From Balanoglossus misakiensis (taxonomy: Eukaryota > Animalia > Hemichordata), in NCBI GenBank assembly GCA_040954595.2, contig CM082596.2, positions 9,754,461-9,818,460 of the forward strand: 64,000 nt of DNA. Direction: 5' to 3'. Each line of letters starts with the position of its first letter. Position 1 is the first letter of the stretch. Positions 60,501-64,000 of this stretch are shown here, piece by piece. Position numbers and translations under genes: made by a program. The notes under the pieces were generated by a model that saw nothing but the letters and a program-made list of their open reading frames with translations, was not told the origin of the DNA and did no database searches.

Positions 60501-61453
60501 TGAATGTTCATTTCACCAAACAACAGTATTATGGGGGTCATCGTTAAACCCCGGTGCGGGGTATAAAAGACCCCCCAAATCAGTGGCGAATCTTAATGCC
60601 GTTTGACTGACAACAGACAACACCAACGATCTTGGCTCTATGAAAATCGGCCCAAACAGGTCCAAGCATAAAGAATTACACCACACAACGACAGTAGTTG
60701 GCTTTATAAACACACACAACATAAAGTTATCGACGAAAAAGTACACGAGCTTATGAAACAACGATGATTTTGGGAGAAATCTGGTTTCAGTGCTTTTCAG
60801 AAGCGTCCCTGGGAAACAATAACCACGCCATTCAAACAGTTGTCAATCGCGTGGAAGTGTGAAGTGTTCAATTATTTTCTGTGTACATGAGAGCAATTAC
60901 ACAGTCATTATGCACGACGACCACTCCCAAATAAACAACTATACAAACACACGTTAATCCGAACCCCAGGACTTTCCGCACCGGGGTTTAAGACGTTTTT
61001 GAAACATCTCAGATGAAATACTGGCGTAAATTATCATGTGTGAATGGTTTAAGTGGTCCTGAAACGTCTCAGATTTGAGACGGCTTTGGTCAGACCTGAG
61101 CCAGTTTAAGGATTAACACCTCTCCGCAACCCATTGTTTGTGTGTGTGTACACAAGGCGACTTAAAGGATTAATGCTCTGTGTTTACTATTGGCAAATAG
61201 TGTCTATGAAATGTTTTGAATTTTACCCTGTCTGGACATGAACCTGGTATATGTCGCTGTGTTAATGTTACAGAGAGAAGAATACATACCAAAGTTGTGT
61301 GCTAAGATACTTGATGGAAGAAGCAAATGGATTGTGAGCAGTTTCCCGGTCATCAAATGGAAAACATATATAGAAAGAGTGAAAGAGTTGGATCGTTTCA
61401 TTGATGAAGAGTTTCTAAAGAAAGCTACGAGATACCTTCACTACCTTGGGGAG
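42453..61453 (+). CDS. Multi-exon ankyrin-repeat Roc-COR (ROCO family, DAPK-like Roc) protein gene; start exon not identified, 3' part probably beyond the window
   Basis: 22 single-ankyrin exons (42453-52223, three with dead splice sites) followed by phase-compatible exons 53483-53593, 54402-54461, 55184-55312 (P-loop GYGANGKTT), 58286-58570 (YTPT, WDFAGQTEYY), 58878-59004 (ILIGSKAD), 59366-59514 and 61274-61453 (COR start, ..RYLHYLGE). Confidence 0.9.
43376..43545. mobile_element. Tc1/mariner-type MITE with TA TSD
   Basis: TA-cagtaatacctgtc...gacaggttttactg-TA. Confidence 0.72.
43806..43904 (+). CDS. Ankyrin exon B, phase 0-0
   Basis: ttccag|NDSTALHAASFKGKLDAVRMLISHGADVNAKDE|gtacgt, 99 nt. 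Confidence 0.9.
44722..44820 (+). CDS. Ankyrin exon C (diverged member of the cassette family)
   Basis: ttacag|DGVTPLNDAAGFGGEGCVRLLLEHKSDVTIQTQ|gtaaat, 99 nt. Confidence 0.75.
44990..45091 (+). CDS. Ankyrin exon D (cassette family)
   Basis: ttacag|WGDTPLHSAARRDVGEGRVRLLLEHKADVTIQNK|gtaaat, 102 nt. Confidence 0.8.
47820..52420 (+). repeat. Tandem array of 18 ~250-bp intron+ankyrin-exon cassettes plus one truncated remnant
   Basis: Exons: 47871-47972, 48144-48245, 48394-48495, 48660-48761, 48914-49012, 49151-49249, 49400-49501, 49650-49751, 49900-50001, 50140-50238, 50387-50485, 50634-50735, 50884-50985, 51125-51226, 51375-51476, 51629-51730, 51879-51980, 52122-52223. All are 99 or 102 nt and open. 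Remnant at 52393-52420. Confidence 0.95.
53483..53593 (+). CDS. C-cap-like/linker exon with a GC donor
   Basis: tttcag|NVVTPCQEAGRKAGRGAGTNIARAFVEYHFDNEKVYQ|GCAAGT, 111 nt, phase 0-0. Confidence 0.7.
54021..54363. mobile_element. Hairpin-type non-autonomous element (long palindrome + second inverted pair)
   Basis: agcaataaaacacccccagccatggtata...tataccatggctgggggtgttttattgct (54021-54194), then attatattatgccagtatattg...caatatactggtataatataat. Confidence 0.8.
54402..54461 (+). CDS. Linker exon of the ROCO gene
   Basis: atacag|AVINSVYDRDDKRDLINHHK|gtacgt, 60 nt, phase 0-0. Confidence 0.65.
55184..55312 (+). CDS. Roc GTPase exon with the P-loop
   Basis: gacag|VFSRQKEFTALMRQPGVKRNTTKIVLAGYGANGKTTLKESLQR|gtgtgt. 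Absent from the ORF track. Confidence 0.88.
55564..58100 (-). mobile_element. Helentron-associated non-autonomous element carrying an internal satellite array
   Basis: Termini are the reverse complements of those of 32136-33315, with (CATA/CATC)n at about 57986-58040. Confidence 0.78.
55675..57565. repeat. About 240-bp tandem repeat, about 8 units, with a 727-bp three-unit higher-order repeat
   Basis: cctatagccctattggttagcctggaattagg recurs every 239-249 bp. Identical ORFs at 56285 and 57012 are offset by 727. Confidence 0.93.
58286..58570 (+). CDS. Roc exon (switch I/II)
   Basis: gcag|NFVQAK..YTPTPAIDV..KFSVWDFAGQTEYYVTHNMFL..QRQE|gtgggt, 285 nt. Confidence 0.92.
58878..59004 (+). CDS. Roc exon (G4 motif)
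   Basis: aatag|VTSWLAFLKA..KPKVILIGSKADLLKAEHKKE+G|gtatgt, phase 0-1. Confidence 0.88.
59366..59514 (+). CDS. Roc C-terminal exon
   Basis: gatag|(A)ELVMREILQTAQKTFGKYLNILDETFILNCHNS..LRECLRSAK|gtatgg, phase 1-0. Confidence 0.85.
59737..60432. mobile_element. Possible PIF/Harbinger-like MITE
   Basis: gggcgttctcactg...tagtgagaacaagac degenerate termini, with internal AGTGAGAACGC and ACCGGTGT repeats. Confidence 0.45.
61274..61453 (+). CDS. COR domain N-terminal exon
   Basis: ttacag|REEYIPKLCAKIL..FPVIKWKTYIERVKE..EEFLKKATRYLHYLGE|gtaagt, 180 nt, containing the 'LH..GE' COR motif. Confidence 0.88.
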
Positions 61454-61528
61454 GTAAGTTTATTACAGAAATCGTTGCTGAAGACATTACCCCACTTGAT
61501 CAGTAGGTTAAGAAATCCATGGAGGATA

Positions 61529-61742
61529 CTGTAAAACAGGTTATTTCGCGAGCAATAAATTTTCATGAAATATGCGAGAGCCCCCAAAAATGTGAAAATA
61601 CAAAAGTCGCATAAAATGTTTTTTTTTCTTAGATAACAATGCAGTTAGTGAAATACGAGAAAGCCAAAATTAATCCATGCATAACAGTTGCTTCTTTTGA
61701 TATCGCGAAAATTTCCTGTCGCGAAAAGAACCTGTTTTACAG
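61529..61742. mobile_element. TA-flanked MITE (CTGTAAAACAGG TIR)
   Basis: TA-ctgtaaaacaggtt...aacctgttttacag-TA. Confidence 0.75.
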
Positions 61743-62080
61743 TATGAAGTCATACTACAAGAAAATGTTCTCGCAAAGTTTGGAGAAAGTACAGTACTGC
61801 AATTATGTTTATCACAGAACAATTACTGATGAAACCTTTCCAAAGACCAACAGGAGTTCTGAAAGTTTTCTAGAAATTCTTTAAAACCTATCAATGCCAG
61901 GGTTCATCAAAAATAGGGGGCATCATTGACTTAAACATATAAACCATGGGATGTGAAAAACAAGTACTAATACAGAAACCAGAAATAACGCTGGAAAATT
62001 GGTTGACAGGGGGTGTGCTTGTGTCAACCGTTAAGTGCACTCTTTGTTTGATCATGATTAGTGTCATACAAATTTAACCC

Positions 62081-64000
62081 TTAATAATAATAATAATAAT
62101 AATACTTTATTTCAGACTTTAAAAAAAAGTCCATATACCCAAAAGAGAGAAGAAAAAAAAACACTAATGAAAATACTCTGGAAAATCTGAAACTGAGACA
62201 CACACACACAAAAAAAAAACTCTGCAAAATTACATGATATACAATTGCTTTCGCCAATGTTTGAAAAATATGCTGTCAGTTGCTCTATCTGATGAACAGA
62301 TCGCATCAAGTAAAACATTAGAAGAATTTTCGAGTCTACACTTAAAACTGTACATATTGCGTCTAAAAACTTCACCAAGTGACAATACATGGTTTGTAGC
62401 AAACATACCCGATGCACTGCAAAATGGCGGAAGACCGAGAAGTCTTCTCCAAACATTATTGTACATAGTTTTAAATTTTTTCATCGGTTTAACTTTAAAG
62501 GATGCCCACAAACTGCAACAGTAAATATTACTACAATATGCCAAAAATACAACTTTCTTCACATCTTGACTACAATGTTGAAAATGTCTCAATAGCATGT
62601 TTGCTCTAACGCAAAATGCTCTTCTCTGTCGTTCAATATCTTCATTATCACAACCATCACAAGATATTACATGGCCCAGATAGGTGTGTTCAGGAACAAA
62701 CTTCAAAGTGATGTCATTAAGTTTAACCGAAGGAATTCTTTGAACGCTCATATTCTTCCCATTAAAAAGCATGCACACAGTTTTACTAGAATTATAAATG
62801 ATATCATAATCCTTGCCATAAATTTCACAAATTCTAAGAAGACGGCGTAGACCCTTAACACTTGGACTGAGTAGAGTCATGTCGTCAGCGTAACCTGAAG
62901 TGTTAGCGCTGACACCACACATGGTACAGCCAACTTTGGCTTTACAGAGTGCATTGATAAGATCATCAATGTAGACATTAAAAAGATAGGGAGAGAGTAC
63001 TCCCCCTTATCTTACACCGTTAGAAACAGAAAACAACTCTGAGGTTTCATTACCCCACAACACAGTAAACAATTGATTTCTGTACCAGTAATATAAAATT
63101 CGAACAGCATACAAGGGAACATTCCTGTCGATGAGCTTGTTAACCAGTTTAAAGTGATTAACTCTGTCAAAAGCTTTTGAAGCATCCAGAAAACAAGTAA
63201 ACACTGGTCCTCCATTGCTGGTGTAGTAGCTAATGATTTCTTTAAATGCAAATAAACACAGGTCAGTTGAATGTTCTCGCTTGAAACCAAATTGTAAATA
63301 ATGAGAGGTAAGAAACTCCTCACAACGAGAAAGTAAAATATGCTCAAAAACTTAAGAGAAAACAGTTGCTAGTGCTATCGGCCGGTAGTTACTGGCATCA
63401 CTACAAAGCTTAGTTTTATCCTTAATAATTGGAACTAAAATAACTTTGATAGCCTCAGTTGGCAGGTAACCATGAACAATCATAGCATTAATACAACAAG
63501 TCAAAATGGGTAAAATAGAGGAGTCTGAGAATTTGAGGTGCTCAGCTGAAATATTGTCAATGCCAGCTGTCTTGTCGTCAGGTAACTTATGTATAGCAGA
63601 AATTACTTCGTCTTCAGAAACATACATATCAGAAGAAAAGTTAACATACTTCATTTTCTCCTCGATGTCATTTTTACCAGTCTGAGCCTGGACAGAATTC
63701 AAAATATCACTGAAATGCTTGTGCCACATAATTGCAATTTCACTCTCACCAGTCGCTCCACCTACAGTGTCAGAAAGTGGCGTTTTTCTGCTAGTTTGCT
63801 TTCTGACTTCCTTCCAGAAGTCGTTCTGTTTGTGGCAGCATAAATTGTCAGCCATCTTGTCAGCCCTATTTTGATTCTCAATCTTTTTACAAGCACGTAA
63901 AGCATACTTAAAACGAGCTCTGAAAGATTTCTTGGTTTCAAAAAGCGGGCCTTGTTTAGGTTTACCCCCATTAACCCATAATAAAAACATGGAACGGGCA
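62081..64000 (-). mobile_element. LINE (L2/CR1-group-like) ORF2 RT and 3' end with (TTA)n tail, disabled by stops
   Basis: NYRPIAL, FLDASKAFD, GVR*GGVLSP, YADDM, YLG. In-frame stops at 63352 and 63007. AATAAA followed by (TTA)n at 62081-62111. Confidence 0.92.

Noticed and set aside
42453-61453. Assigning the symbol DAPK1 or LRRK2
   Set aside because: No kinase or LRR exons were seen, so orthology cannot be established from this window.

Overview
Eukaryotic, AT-rich, intron-containing and transposon-dense DNA, most likely from a marine invertebrate (inference from the repeat families and gene structure). No rRNA, tRNA, CRISPR or prokaryotic operons were seen. 1-13.1 kb: scrambled Ty3/Gypsy pol fragments, a Penelope-like element with a minimal hammerhead ribozyme, a 3645-bp tandem duplication, a solo LTR and a 533-bp satellite. 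16-21.7 kb (-): a decayed gene with signal peptide, C-type lectin domain, Thr/Ser-rich stalk and transmembrane helix. 23-40 kb: LINEs, a nested CACTA-like>LINE>hairpin element, Helentron-like and TTAA/TA-flanked MITEs. 42.4-61.5 kb (+): a spliced ankyrin-Roc-COR (ROCO) gene that probably continues past the window. Its ankyrin region is mostly an array of 18 near-identical ~250-bp intron+exon cassettes, each encoding one phase-0 ankyrin repeat. Amino-acid variation clusters in one short segment, the array has a 4-unit higher-order period, and three cassettes have dead splice sites. This candidate exon-shuffled variable receptor is the main finding. A LINE occupies the last ~1.9 kb (-).
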